Positions 1 to 9,682 of a stretch of 64,000 nt of DNA are shown piece by piece. Under the pieces are notes generated by a model. The model was not told the origin of the DNA and ran no database searches. It saw only the letters and a list, made by a program, of their open reading frames with translations. The translations under genes and the position numbers were made by a program. The stretch is from assembly GCA_026996855.1 (NCBI GenBank), contig JALWJZ010000015.1:2997-66996 (forward strand), in the 5' to 3' direction. Source of the stretch: Anaerolineales bacterium. Its GTDB lineage: Bacteria > Chloroflexota > Anaerolineae > Anaerolineales > DRMV01. Each line of letters starts with the position of its first letter. Position 1 is the first letter of the stretch.

Positions 1-215
1 CCTGGCCCCGAGGCGCGGCCTACGACCTGGTGTACAACCCCCGGGAGACCCGTTTCGTGGCGGCCGCGCGGCGGGCCGGCCTGCCCGCGGCCGACGGCCT
101 GGGGATGCTGGTGTGGCAGGCGGCCCTGGCCTTCCAGCGCTGGACCGGCATCCCGGCCCGGGAGGTGCTCCCGGCCATGGCCCGGGCGGTGGGCCTGGAC
201 CTTCGGGAGGTTTGA
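1..215 (+). CDS. aroE: Shikimate dehydrogenase, 3' end only (gene starts upstream of window)
   Basis: The frame is open to the window edge. The tail AAYDLVYNPRETRFVAAARRAGLPAADGLGMLVWQAALAFQRWTG matches the conserved AroE C-terminus. An intrinsic terminator follows. Confidence 0.75.
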   Translation, partial: WPRGAAYDLVYNPRETRFVAAARRAGLPAADGLGMLVWQAALAFQRWTGIPAREVLPAMARAVGLDLREV

Positions 216-231
216 CGCCTCTAAAAGGAAA

Positions 232-273
232 ACGGGATGGGGACGGCAAAACCGACCTCATCCCGTTTTTTTT
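232..273. terminator. Intrinsic terminator between convergent aroE and uvrB
   Basis: Stem ACGGGATG (232-239) pairs with CATCCCGT (259-266) and is followed by T8. On the other strand an A-run precedes it and TTTTCC follows, so it may act in both directions. Confidence 0.6.
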
Positions 274-286
274 GCAATCGGATCTC

Positions 287-344
287 ACACGGAGGTACAT
301 CTCCGTGTCCTCCGTGGCTCTGTGCGAATGAAAATTATTCGAAC
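287..344. repeat. Dispersed repeat copy A (CACGGAG heptad module plus GTTCGAA)
   Basis: CACGGAG occurs at 288-294 and inverted CTCCGTG at 301-307 and 310-316. Positions 301-322 match 47572-47593 in reverse complement at 21 of 22 nt. GTTCGAA occurs 12-15 nt from the module in both copies. Confidence 0.7.
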
Positions 345-383
345 TTGGGCAATGGGGGCAATAGAAAAGCCGTTGCTCGCGCT

Positions 384-3300
384 TCAATTCCCCATCGTTT
401 CCAGGTGCTTCTTCAATTCGAAGATGCGGTCCCGCAAAGCCGCGGCTTTCTCGAATTCCAGACGGTCCGCGGCGGCTTTCATTTCCGCCTTCAGGGCTTC
501 GATGAGGTGGTGCAGATCTTCGGGGTCCATGTGCTCGGGTTTCACCTCATAGCGGGCCGCGGCTTCGGCCAGGGCCGTGGCCGTTGCCGAAACCGCTTCC
601 TTCTCCCGCTCCAGCATCACCCGGTCCGTCAGGTCCCGCACCGGCTTCACGATGGAGCGCGGGGTGATGCCGTGCTTCCGGTTGTACTCCAACTGGATGC
701 GCCGACGGCGTTCCGTCTCCCGGATGGCCTGCTCCATGGCCGGGGTCATCCGGTCCGCGTACATGACCACCTTGCCGTGCACGTGCCGGGCCGCGCGGCC
801 GATGGTCTGGATGAGCGCGGTGGTGGAGCGCAGGAAGCCCTCCTTGTCCGCGTCCAGGATGGCCACCAGGGAGACCTCGGGCAGGTCCAGGCCCTCCCGT
901 AGCAGGTTGATGCCCACCACCACGTCGTACTTGCCCAGGCGCAGGTCCCGCAGGATGCCCACCCGCTCCAGGGTGTCGATGTCCGAGTGCAGGTAGTAGG
1001 CCTTGATGCCCTGGTCTTGCAGGTATTCGGCCAGTTTTTCGGCCATGCGCTTGGTCAGGGTGGTGACCAGCGCCCGCTCGCCCCGGGCCACCCGCTGCCG
1101 GATTTCGCCGATGAGGTGCTCGATTTGCCCCCGGGTGGGCCGCACCTCGATTTCCGGGTCCGGGATGCCCGTGGGCCGGATGAGTTGCTCCACCACCTGC
1201 TGGGCCTTGGAGAGTTCATATGGGCCGGGGGTGGCGCTGGTGTAGATGGTGTAGCCCATGCGCTCTTCGAATTCCTCGAAGGTCAGGGGGCGGTTGTCCA
1301 GCGCGCTGGGCAGGCGGAAGCCGAAGTCCACCAGGGTTTGCTTGCGGCTGCGGTCGCCGTGGTACATGGCCCGAATTTGCGGGATGGTCATGTGGGATTC
1401 GTCGATGATCAGCAGGTACTCGCTGGGCATGTAATCCATCAGGGTCCAGGGCGGCGAACCGGGGGGCCGCTGTTCCAGGTGGCGGGAATAATTCTCGATG
1501 CCCTTGCAGTAGCCCATTTCCCGCAACATTTCCAGGTCGAAGCGGGTGCGCTGCTCCAGGCGCTGGGCCTCCAGCACTTTCCCCTGGGAAAGGAACCAGG
1601 CCACCCGCTCCTCCAGTTCCCGTTCGATGTCCTGGATGGCCTTTTGCAGTTTTTCCTCTTCTGTCAAATAGTGCTTGGCGGGGAAGATGTCGATGCTCAT
1701 GTGGACCGCGCGGCGCTCGCCGGTGATGAGGTCGTACTCCACGATGCGTTCCACCTCGTCGCCGAAGAAGGTGATGCGGTACACCGTGTCGTCCAGGTAG
1801 GCGGGGGCTACTTCCAGCACCTCGCCCCGCACCCGGAAGGTGCCGGGACGCAACTCGTATTCGTTGCGCTGGTACTGGCTTTCCACCAACTGGCGCAGCA
1901 GGGCCTTGCGGCGGTAAATCTGCCCCACCTCCAGGTGGATGATACCCCGGCCATAGGCCTCGGGGCTGCCCAGGCCGTAAATGGCGGAGACCGAGGCCAC
2001 GATGATGACGTCCTTGCGGCTCATGAGCGCGGTGGTGGCGGCCAGGCGCAGCCGGTCGATTTCCTCGTTGATGGAGGTGTCCTTCTCGATGTACAGGTCC
2101 TCTTCGGGCACGTAGGCCTCGGGCTGGTAATAGTCGTAGTAGGAGACGAAGTACTCCACCGCGTTTTCGGGGAAGAACTCCCGGAACTCCGCGTACAACT
2201 GCGCGGCCAGGGTCTTGTTGTGGGCCAGCACCAGTGCGGGCATTTGTAATTCCGCGATAACCGAGGCGATGGTGAAGGTATTGTGCACCCACAAGCCACC
2301 CCAGCCGGCCAGAAAGGTTTCCGCCTCAGCCACGGACAAATCGTAAACCCACTCGGTGTCGGGCTCAACTCGCTCAACTTTCGCGATAGGCGTCCAGAAG
2401 AAGTGGGTCAGGAAAGAGAGGTGCTGCCAGGTTTCCTGAGAAGCCAGGGAAGGCATTCGGGTCTGCAGGGCATTGAGATAGGCCTGCAAAGCGCGGCGTT
2501 GTGGACGTCGCCACCCGCGTTCCCAGGCGCGCAGGGTCCCGACGGGCAAGCCTGCATACGCCGCGGCCTGATGGCGTGTCCATCTCAGCCCTTCGCGCAA
2601 GGCCTGGAGGTCTTCCCTTGCGATGGGAACCACATCTACGTTGCTGTTTCCTTGCTTTTGGAGCAGGGATTCCAGGGCGGCCTGTTTGTGGGGGCTGCGG
2701 AAGCCGATGGCACGGGCAAAACGTTGCAGGTTCTCCTGGCCGGAGATGGTCACCTGTACATAGGTATCGCCAGGGTGGTCAGTGTTGGTCGCGCGTTTAC
2801 GGACGGGGCGAACACGCGCCCAAATCCTGAATCGCAACAGGGCTGCCTGCAGGTCCGCGGCCAGAGCCGGGCTGGCCGTGACCGCGGTTACCGCAGAGGC
2901 CCGGTCGACCGTACCGTCCCCATCGAAATAGGCGCTCAGCAAGGCGGCCAGATGCTCCTGGGAAAGAGCGGGCCAGAAGGGAGGCAGACGCTTGTGGGTC
3001 GCGCGCGCGCCCATCCATTTGCGAAACAACGCGCTCAACACCGAGGACGAAATCTGGAAGTCTCCAGAAGGTCGCCTCGACCATTCGATGCGTAAGGAAG
3101 TCAGGATGCGCTCCAAATCCGCCGCCAGAGCAGGAGCACGCACGCTAAGCAAAACGAATCGCGATGTGGCGTGCCCCTCGGACAGGAAATATCCCAACAA
3201 ACGCATGAAATCAGCGTTCAAGGGATATTGTACCGGAAGACGATGATGTGCCTTTTTCCCCCCCACTGTTGCACGCTCTGGGGACCATACCGCGGCGAAT

Positions 3301-4085
3301 TCCGGATAGCGTTGTAACAAGGCCACCCATTGGGCTACCCGTACCCCGCGGCCTCGTCTTCCCGCACGCATGGCCGAGATTTTGCTCCAACCCTGGGTAA
3401 TACCTACGTCCTCCAGCATCCGCTTCAAGATGTAGGGTCTGTGGTGGCTCAGAAACCGCTCGATGGTATCCGGCGCTTCGACGAACAGCCGGACATCTTC
3501 CAGGTAAGGCAACAGGTCGAGGGCGCATAAGGGCTGTGCTGGCGGTGGAAGCCGGGTCGGAAGCGGCAGGTGGTCTTCCCCTGGCCGCAGGTCCTCCGTG
3601 GTGGTCAGCACCCATTTCCCCCGGCGTAACACCCAGAAGTTGTGCCCACCAGTTACTATGATGTGACGCCCGCAACGGGTGGTCACGCGATATAAAGGCG
3701 CTCGCACACGATGCCGGACGAACGCGGTTACGGGAAAAAGTCCGACACGCCGTGTTGCAGGTGAGAAAGCGAACGTGCGCCACTGCCCCGGTAAGAAACG
3801 GGTTGGAAGAATTTCGTGCTCTCCATCCCGCAGCACGGCTTCGGGATGCTCATCAAACAGGCGGTCCAAGTACGGACCGATAGGCACCACCACAACCTGT
3901 TCTCCCCGGCCTTCATCGAGCCATAACCACACCGGAGTGTCCCCGGTCACGCTCTTGCCCGTACCCGTTGCCCCCAGGAGCACCTGGTGTTTGTAGCCCT
4001 TCCGCACGCCCTCCACCAGCCGGCGGATGGCTTCCGGCTGGTCGCCAGTAGGTTCGTAGGGTGCATGGACGCGAAATTCGGGCAT
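384..4085 (-). CDS. uvrB: Excinuclease ABC subunit B, interrupted by an intein (44 aa N-extein + 558 aa intein + 631 aa C-extein)
   Basis: Start [20 protein letters not shown] (ATG at 4085). The C-extein carries UvrB hallmarks ([14 protein letters not shown], helicase motifs, C-terminal UVR domain [17 protein letters not shown]). The track ORF extension to 4316 is rejected. Confidence 0.95.
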   Translation of the reverse strand: MPEFRVHAPYEPTGDQPEAIRRLVEGVRKGYKHQVLLGATGTGKSVTGDTPVWLWLDEGRGEQVVVVPIGPYLDRLFDEHPEAVLRDGEHEILPTRFLPGQWRTFAFSPATRRVGLFPVTAFVRHRVRAPLYRVTTRCGRHIIVTGGHNFWVLRRGKWVLTTTEDLRPGEDHLPLPTRLPPPAQPLCALDLLPYLEDVRLFVEAPDTIERFLSHHRPYILKRMLEDVGITQGWSKISAMRAGRRGRGVRVAQWVALLQRYPEFAAVWSPERATVGGKKAHHRLPVQYPLNADFMRLLGYFLSEGHATSRFVLLSVRAPALAADLERILTSLRIEWSRRPSGDFQISSSVLSALFRKWMGARATHKRLPPFWPALSQEHLAALLSAYFDGDGTVDRASAVTAVTASPALAADLQAALLRFRIWARVRPVRKRATNTDHPGDTYVQVTISGQENLQRFARAIGFRSPHKQAALESLLQKQGNSNVDVVPIAREDLQALREGLRWTRHQAAAYAGLPVGTLRAWERGWRRPQRRALQAYLNALQTRMPSLASQETWQHLSFLTHFFWTPIAKVERVEPDTEWVYDLSVAEAETFLAGWGGLWVHNTFTIASVIAELQMPALVLAHNKTLAAQLYAEFREFFPENAVEYFVSYYDYYQPEAYVPEEDLYIEKDTSINEEIDRLRLAATTALMSRKDVIIVASVSAIYGLGSPEAYGRGIIHLEVGQIYRRKALLRQLVESQYQRNEYELRPGTFRVRGEVLEVAPAYLDDTVYRITFFGDEVERIVEYDLITGERRAVHMSIDIFPAKHYLTEEEKLQKAIQDIERELEERVAWFLSQGKVLEAQRLEQRTRFDLEMLREMGYCKGIENYSRHLEQRPPGSPPWTLMDYMPSEYLLIIDESHMTIPQIRAMYHGDRSRKQTLVDFGFRLPSALDNRPLTFEEFEERMGYTIYTSATPGPYELSKAQQVVEQLIRPTGIPDPEIEVRPTRGQIEHLIGEIRQRVARGERALVTTLTKRMAEKLAEYLQDQGIKAYYLHSDIDTLERVGILRDLRLGKYDVVVGINLLREGLDLPEVSLVAILDADKEGFLRSTTALIQTIGRAARHVHGKVVMYADRMTPAMEQAIRETERRRRIQLEYNRKHGITPRSIVKPVRDLTDRVMLEREKEAVSATATALAEAAARYEVKPEHMDPEDLHHLIEALKAEMKAAADRLEFEKAAALRDRIFELKKHLETMGN
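2280..3953 (-). mobile_element. Intein with LAGLIDADG homing-endonuclease domain, inserted in the UvrB Walker-A loop (GTGK|S...HN|TFT)
   Basis: Block A is [10 protein letters not shown] and block B is VTGGHNFWV (TxxH). LAGLIDADG motifs are [11 protein letters not shown] and [12 protein letters not shown]. Blocks F/G are [25 protein letters not shown] with +1 Thr. Removing it restores GATGTGKTFTIASV. Confidence 0.85.
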
Positions 4086-4321
4086 GGCTCCTCGTCCCCG
4101 GTAAAAGCCTTTGCTCGGAAAGATCCCAACGGCCCTCTCCCGGCCCACCTTTGCATGATACCCCACAACGGCAGGGTGCGCGCGCAAAACTTCGAGACCT
4201 GAGAAGCCCGCGGCTTTCCCCGAGCAAGGCTCCAGGGCGGCTTCGGGTTTGGGCATCTCTGACCTTTCCCTGACGATGCCGCGGACAATGGGGGACAGAA
4301 ACCTTACGGAGGTCATGAGTC

Positions 4322-5872
4322 ATGCGCACGCGCTTTTTGGGAATGGCGATTTTGCTCGCGGTTTTGGTCGGGATGGCCTGTGGCCTGCCCGGAAGACTGG
4401 CGCCCTTCATCGCGGCGACCCCGACGCCTACCCCTACACCTACTACACCTACCTTCACACCGACACCGACATCGACTCCCACGCCCATCCCAGTCAAGTC
4501 CGACGTAGCCGTAGCGCAAATCCTGCTCCGTTACGATAGCCAGCAACCTCTGGGCACCCTGGAGGCCACGCTGTGCAACCTGGGTGAGGAGGACTTCGAA
4601 GGTGCCCTGCAGGTAGTCTTCCAGGCCAATGGCCGGACCTATACGGTGGACGTATCCCCCTCCCAGGCCCAGGGGCTGCGGTACAACGGATGCATCGACG
4701 TGTATCCTCCGGTGGATTTTGCCTTCTTCGGCATCACCCAGCCGGGTCCGGTGGAGGTGACCGTGCGCCTGGAAGGCATCCCCGCGGGCGATCCGCCGGA
4801 TAACCACCTGCTCCAAGAGTGGATGGACGTGCGTTATATAGAAACCAAGCCCACTCAGGAGGCCTGGCAACGCTACCAGGAATGCGTGGAACAGCACAGC
4901 ATGTTTCCCTATGTGCGTGAAAACTGCCTGGAGCGGCTGCCCGACTTCCCCTTGGCCGAGCGGGACGAAATCACCAAACGCCGGGGCGTGTTCAGCGCGG
5001 TCGGCCCGCGCGACCAGGATTTCTTCCTCGCTGCCCTGGTCATGGGCCTGGAGGCCTGCACGCCTGCGGTGAAAGATTATCTGGGACTGCCCCGGGATTA
5101 CCAGGTGCCCTTCCTGGTGGCGAGAGCCGTGCATGACCTGGGAGCCATGGCCATCACCTCAGGCGCCACCATTCAAATGCAAGCCTGGGATGAGGATGCC
5201 CAAACTGACTGGATGATGACGGAAATCGTCAGCGTCGGATGCCAACCCGGCCGGCTGGTAACCCTCAACCGCACCCTCGTCCACGAAATCGTGCACGCGC
5301 TCATCAACCTTTACATCGAAGATGAATGGTTCGGCTATTTCACCACTTACATGACAGAAGAGGGAGAGGTGCTTTTCGAGGGTGAAGATGACGCATCGGA
5401 CCGGTTTCCCCTCAACTTGGAAGAAGGCCTGGCCTATTGGGTCGGGGACCAATTCAGCGAACCGAACGCATCGGTTTGGCAGTGCACGCCCCAGGGTGCT
5501 CGGTTTGTCAACTTCGACACCACCGCACCTTACCTTCCCCTGGATTTGTGGCAGATTGATAAATTCCAGCGCTGGCTGGATCAGAACCTGCCCGAAAACA
5601 CTCCGCTTCGTCAAAGCAAGGAATTCACGGATTTGTATCTCGACCTGCGCTACGCTTCGGCCAAGTGCTTCTGGGATACCCTGGTGCAGATGGAAGGTCG
5701 GGAGGTCATCGGGAAGGTGCTGGCCCAACTGGCCGCGTATCCCGAGAAGGATACCTGCCTGTACCCCTTCGTCGAGGTGGCCCTGGCACCGGTGGTGCGG
5801 CCGGAAACCCTGAAAGTGCTGGAGGAGCGTTTCAATGTGCGTCCGGGCGTGGACGCTTGCGGTTACCATTAG
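4322..5872 (+). CDS. Exported protein with Thr/Pro-rich linker and HExxH motif (putative zinc metallopeptidase)
   Basis: N-terminal signal-like MAILLAVLVGMACG is followed by TPTPTPTPTTPTFTPTPTSTPTP and the motif LVHEIVHAL. I do not recognise a specific family. Confidence 0.55.
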   Translation: MRTRFLGMAILLAVLVGMACGLPGRLAPFIAATPTPTPTPTTPTFTPTPTSTPTPIPVKSDVAVAQILLRYDSQQPLGTLEATLCNLGEEDFEGALQVVFQANGRTYTVDVSPSQAQGLRYNGCIDVYPPVDFAFFGITQPGPVEVTVRLEGIPAGDPPDNHLLQEWMDVRYIETKPTQEAWQRYQECVEQHSMFPYVRENCLERLPDFPLAERDEITKRRGVFSAVGPRDQDFFLAALVMGLEACTPAVKDYLGLPRDYQVPFLVARAVHDLGAMAITSGATIQMQAWDEDAQTDWMMTEIVSVGCQPGRLVTLNRTLVHEIVHALINLYIEDEWFGYFTTYMTEEGEVLFEGEDDASDRFPLNLEEGLAYWVGDQFSEPNASVWQCTPQGARFVNFDTTAPYLPLDLWQIDKFQRWLDQNLPENTPLRQSKEFTDLYLDLRYASAKCFWDTLVQMEGREVIGKVLAQLAAYPEKDTCLYPFVEVALAPVVRPETLKVLEERFNVRPGVDACGYH

Positions 5873-5962
5873 AGACCCCATGCATTCAGGCTTCTCCGGA
5901 AGAGGGCCTGCTACGAGCAGCCGACATGGACATTTTCGCTTCCGAGCACCTGACGAAGGGCG

Positions 5963-6922
5963 CTACTTGCGGAACAAATGCCGCAAGAAGAAGAACAGGT
6001 TGGCCGGTCGCTCCGCCAGACGGCGCATGAAGTAGGGGTACCACTCGGAACCGTAAGGTACGTAGATGCGCACCGGGTAGCCTTCCCGGCGTATGCGTTC
6101 TTGCAAATCCCGGCGGATGCCGTAGAGGAACTGGAACTCCATCGCATCCCTGGGAAGGTTCAGGCGCCGGGCTGTCTCTTGCGCATAGGCGATGCGGTCT
6201 TCGTCATGGGAGGCGATGGCCACCATGGGCGGTCGTCGGCCGTTGGTGGAGAGCCGCGGGGCCTGGGGGGCCTGGGCAGCCTCCAGCAGGAGGCGGGCCA
6301 GGCGGTCGAAGTTGGCGTCCACGTCCCGTTTCTTGGGGTAGGCCACGGTTTTGGGTTCTTTGTACGCGCCCTTCACCAAGCGAATGGGCACTCGTGCCGG
6401 CAGGAGACGGCGTAAGTCACCTTCGGTGCGGTACAGGTAGGCTTGCAACACCAGGCCCAGGTTGGCCACGCCCCTCTTGTGGAAACGCCAGAAGAGTTCC
6501 AGGGTGGGGTCCACCAGAGCCGATTCTTCCATGTCGATGCGCAGCATCATGTCCTGCTCGCTGGCGGCCTGCAGCAGGTCTTGGAGCAGACTCTCGGCCA
6601 GGTTTTGGGAAAGGTGGATGCCCAGGTGGCTGAGTTTCACCGATACGTAGGCCGGAACCTGGGCTTCCCCCACGCTTTGAATCAGGCGGTGAATGGCCTG
6701 CGCGGCCTGACGGGCATCCTCCTGGGTATGCACCCATTCGCCCAAGTGGGCCAGGGTGACCAAAAAACCGCGGTCGCGCAAACGTCGCGCGACCTCCAGG
6801 CCCTCCTCCAGGGTCTCGCCAGCCACGAAACGCCGGGACACCCGCCTGCCCACGGCCGAACGGGTGACCCAGGCCCGCATCCGAGGCGACTGCGCCATCC
6901 AAAACAACACGGGACGAAGCAT
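5963..6922 (-). CDS. Proline dehydrogenase (monofunctional PRODH family)
   Basis: Supporting motifs are FVAGETLEEGLEVARRL, LVLQAYLYRT, IRLVKGAYKEP, ASHDEDRI and YVPYGSEWYPYFMRRLAERPANL. Confidence 0.85.
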   Translation of the reverse strand: MLRPVLFWMAQSPRMRAWVTRSAVGRRVSRRFVAGETLEEGLEVARRLRDRGFLVTLAHLGEWVHTQEDARQAAQAIHRLIQSVGEAQVPAYVSVKLSHLGIHLSQNLAESLLQDLLQAASEQDMMLRIDMEESALVDPTLELFWRFHKRGVANLGLVLQAYLYRTEGDLRRLLPARVPIRLVKGAYKEPKTVAYPKKRDVDANFDRLARLLLEAAQAPQAPRLSTNGRRPPMVAIASHDEDRIAYAQETARRLNLPRDAMEFQFLYGIRRDLQERIRREGYPVRIYVPYGSEWYPYFMRRLAERPANLFFFLRHLFRK

Positions 6923-6979
6923 GGAGCGTGCCTCCTCGTCGGTGGGAAATGGCCATGTTCGACGGTCTCCATACAGGGA

Positions 6980-7010
6980 AACCCCGTGACCGAAATTCCG
7001 TCACGGGGTT
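6980..7010 (-). terminator. 11-bp hairpin downstream of mrdA (possible terminator, weak U-tract)
   Basis: AACCCCGTGAC (6980-6990) pairs with GTCACGGGGTT (7000-7010) around a 9-nt loop. On the minus strand it is followed by TTTCCC only. Confidence 0.35.
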
Positions 7011-7040
7011 CGTGATAAAACGCATCCGCCTTTTTGCTTG

Positions 7041-7105
7041 GAGGGTGTTTGAGAAGGTGCGAAGCACCTTTTCAATGAAAGCCCGAAGGGTTTTCAAAAA
7101 CCCTC
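7041..7105 (-). repeat. Structured dispersed repeat, copy a (outer stem enclosing two GAA/UUC triloop hairpins)
   Basis: The outer stem pairs 7041-7050 with 7096-7105. One hairpin spans 7051-7073 (GAGAAGGTGC-GAA-GCACCTTTTC) and the other 7077-7095 (GAAAGCCC-GAA-GGGTTTTC). The reverse complement aligns with 57791-57940. Confidence 0.7.
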
Positions 7106-9193
7106 TTATTCCTCGGTCTGGGCCTTCAAGGCGAAATAGGCGTCCATGATTTGACGCACGATGGGCGCGGCCACCTTGGCACCTTCGGTACCGTCGTACA
7201 CGAAGGCCACCACCGCGATTTCCGGGTCGTCGAAGGGGGCGTAGGCCACCGTCCAGGCATGGGAGGGCCAGTTGCCGGGCTGGCATCGGTTTTCTGCCTG
7301 GGCCCGATTGTCGCAGTACTCGGCCGAACCGGTCTTACCCGCCGCAGGGATGGGAAACCCTTCGAAGGGACGGGTCAGGGTCCCGTCCAGCACCGCGCGG
7401 CGCATCCCTTCCCGCACCAGGGCCAGCACTTCCGGTTGCACTGTTTTGGTTTCCCCCGTGGGACGGCAACTCCCAATACCTGCAGGGTTCTCGTAGACTT
7501 CGATGACTGGGTCCTTGGTGATGTCTCGCAGGATGGTGGGGCGAAAGTCCTCGACGACGCGACCCTCGGCATCCAGTTTCTGATACAAAATGGTGGGTTT
7601 CACCACCTTACCGCCATTGGCGATGGTGGAAGCGCCCACCAACAACTGCAACGGCGTGGCCAACACGTACCCCTGACCCACGCTGGCCAGATAGGTGTCG
7701 CCAGTGGACCAGTTTTCGCCCTGGAAGATGCGCTTCCACTTGGGGTCGGGGATGAGGCCGTCGGCCTCGCCGGGAAGGTCGATGCCCGTGGGCGCGCCAA
7801 AGCCCATGGCCCGGGCATAGGTACCCAAACGGCAGATGCCCACCCCTTCGGGGATTTCGTCGAAATACCCGCCGCCCACCTTGTAGAAGCACACGTTGCT
7901 GGACCAGGCAATGCAGTCCAGGAATTCCAGTTCCCCAAAGCCGCCCCGTTCCCAGTTCCAGTCGTAGAAAGTCTGGGGCTTGCCCACGTCTCCCTCGAAG
8001 AACTTCTGTTGCAGGGTGATGGTGCCCGGCGCCTTGATGATTTGATTGGGGCGCACAATCCCTTCGTTGAGGGCTGCGGTGGCGGTGATGATTTTGAACA
8101 CCGAACCCGGCGGGTGCTCCGCCGAGATGGCGTGGTTGAGCAAGGGCTTGAATTCCGCAGTGGTCAGATACTCGTAATAATCCTGGGGGATGAAGCGGGA
8201 GACGATTTGGTTGTTGTACGTGGGCACGGCCACCATGCCCAGGATTTCCCCGGTCTTGGGGTTCATGGCAATGGCCGCGGCGTTTTTGAAGCGCTCCTTG
8301 CCGAAATAGGCGTTCCACTCCTTCAATTCCCGCACCAGGATGGTGTACATGATGTCTTGCAAGCGCCAATCGATGGTCAGGCGAATACTGGTACCCGGTA
8401 CGGGGTTCTGGGGCGGCTCCAGGTCTCGTAAGATGCGGCCGGCCACGTCTACTTCCACCACCCGCCGACCGTTGCGTCCGGCCAGCAAGTCCTGGTAGTA
8501 CAGTTCCACCCCCGCGTAACCCACCTTGTCTCGATTGATGTCCAGCCCTTTTTCTTCGTAGTAGTCGGCCAGGGCTTCCGGCACCGGGCCCAAAAAGCCT
8601 ACCACCATGGCCGAAGATTCGCCCGTAGGGTACTCCCGCACCGGTTCGATTTCGACACCGACGCCGGGCCACTGGGCGCGGCGCTCCTCGATTTGCATGG
8701 CCACCGCGCGCGGCACGTCGCACTTAATTTTCACCGGGCGGTAAGGTGCGGTGGTCAAACCGTAGAACACGATTTGCCGGATGCCGTGTTGGGAGCGGCA
8801 GGGGACGTAAGGATTGGCCGGGGAGATTTCCCCGAAGTCCACAGGCACTCCCAGGAGGGCCGAGAGTTCCTGGAAGATGTGGTCCACCATGCCCGGATCC
8901 TCGGGCAGGTATGCCGGGGTGATGACCACGTTGAACGCGGGGGCGTTGCGGGCCAGTACCGCGCCGTTGCGGTCGTAAATGGCGCCGCGCGGCGCGCGCA
9001 GGTTGAGTACTTCCACGCGGTTTTCCTGGGCGCGGGCTTCCCAGACCTGGTTCTGCAAAATTTGAAGCCCTACCAGCCGGGCCACGAACAGGCCCAGCAC
9101 CAGGCCCAGGAGGAGCATCAAGGTGTAGAGACGTCGTGGAGGAAGGTCGTTTTTATGGTAGGGGGAAAGGTCGGTCATTACGTCCTGGGTCAT
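7106..9193 (-). CDS. mrdA: Penicillin-binding protein 2 (elongasome transpeptidase)
   Basis: The start is chosen at MTQDVMTDLSPY (ATG 9193), which overlaps the mreD stop as ATGA. A TM helix is followed by PBP dimerisation and transpeptidase motifs (PPGSVFKIITATAA, SSN, KTGSA). Confidence 0.85.
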   Translation of the reverse strand: MTQDVMTDLSPYHKNDLPPRRLYTLMLLLGLVLGLFVARLVGLQILQNQVWEARAQENRVEVLNLRAPRGAIYDRNGAVLARNAPAFNVVITPAYLPEDPGMVDHIFQELSALLGVPVDFGEISPANPYVPCRSQHGIRQIVFYGLTTAPYRPVKIKCDVPRAVAMQIEERRAQWPGVGVEIEPVREYPTGESSAMVVGFLGPVPEALADYYEEKGLDINRDKVGYAGVELYYQDLLAGRNGRRVVEVDVAGRILRDLEPPQNPVPGTSIRLTIDWRLQDIMYTILVRELKEWNAYFGKERFKNAAAIAMNPKTGEILGMVAVPTYNNQIVSRFIPQDYYEYLTTAEFKPLLNHAISAEHPPGSVFKIITATAALNEGIVRPNQIIKAPGTITLQQKFFEGDVGKPQTFYDWNWERGGFGELEFLDCIAWSSNVCFYKVGGGYFDEIPEGVGICRLGTYARAMGFGAPTGIDLPGEADGLIPDPKWKRIFQGENWSTGDTYLASVGQGYVLATPLQLLVGASTIANGGKVVKPTILYQKLDAEGRVVEDFRPTILRDITKDPVIEVYENPAGIGSCRPTGETKTVQPEVLALVREGMRRAVLDGTLTRPFEGFPIPAAGKTGSAEYCDNRAQAENRCQPGNWPSHAWTVAYAPFDDPEIAVVAFVYDGTEGAKVAAPIVRQIMDAYFALKAQTEE

Positions 9194-9681
9194 GTCTCCG
9201 TCCTCCGCGGCCCGGTGAAACCGGAAACCACGGTGTACACGGGCAGGGCCAGCAACAGGTTCCACCACAAGGAAGGTATCAAAACCTGACGCAAAGCCTC
9301 CACCCAGGGGATTTTCGCGCCGATGAATTGCACCACGCCGTATTCCCACAGGCGCAAAGCCATTGTACCCACCAGAGTTCCCCCAAACAAGAGGAGGTAA
9401 GGCCGTTCCCACAGACGTTCGCGTATGCGTTCCAATAGAAAGCCCAAGCCCACGTAGGCCACCAGGACCGCGACGTCGGGCAGGGCCGAGACCCACCCTG
9501 TGGAAAAGCCCCAAAGCAGGGTCCAGACCCAAAACCCACGGCCCCGCAGGAAGAGGCCCACTGCAAGCCAGGTGAGGAAGGTGACATCCGGGTAACCCTG
9601 GAGCCAGCGCAACAACGGCGCGACCACCAGTTGCAACCACAAAGATGCGGCCCAAAGCAGGGCCACCCGCAGGTGCGTCAT
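9190..9681 (-). CDS. mreD: Rod shape-determining protein MreD
   Basis: A 163-aa polytopic membrane protein located between mreC and mrdA, with translational coupling at both ends. Confidence 0.7.
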   Translation of the reverse strand: MTHLRVALLWAASLWLQLVVAPLLRWLQGYPDVTFLTWLAVGLFLRGRGFWVWTLLWGFSTGWVSALPDVAVLVAYVGLGFLLERIRERLWERPYLLLFGGTLVGTMALRLWEYGVVQFIGAKIPWVEALRQVLIPSLWWNLLLALPVYTVVSGFTGPRRTET

Positions 9682-9682
9682 G

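Noticed and set aside
4086-4316. A 77-codon N-terminal extension of the uvrB ORF in the track (start at 4316).
   Set aside because: Conserved UvrB sequence begins at [16 protein letters not shown] (ATG 4085). The upstream residues have no UvrB counterpart and would occupy nearly the whole spacer up to the divergent gene at 4322.
4086-4321. A search for an SOS (Cheo-type GAAC-N4-GTTC) box upstream of uvrB. I also noted a 12-nt imperfect long-range inverted repeat (4106-4118 with 4220-4231).
   Set aside because: No LexA-like box is visible. The inverted repeat has a bulge and no obvious function, so the evidence is too weak to report as a finding.
9194-9655. A 154-codon 5' extension of the PBP2 ORF.
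   Set aside because: It lies entirely inside mreD in another frame and has Gly/Arg/Pro-rich composition. The ATG at 9193 gives a normal PBP2 N-terminus and the classic ATGA coupling with mreD.
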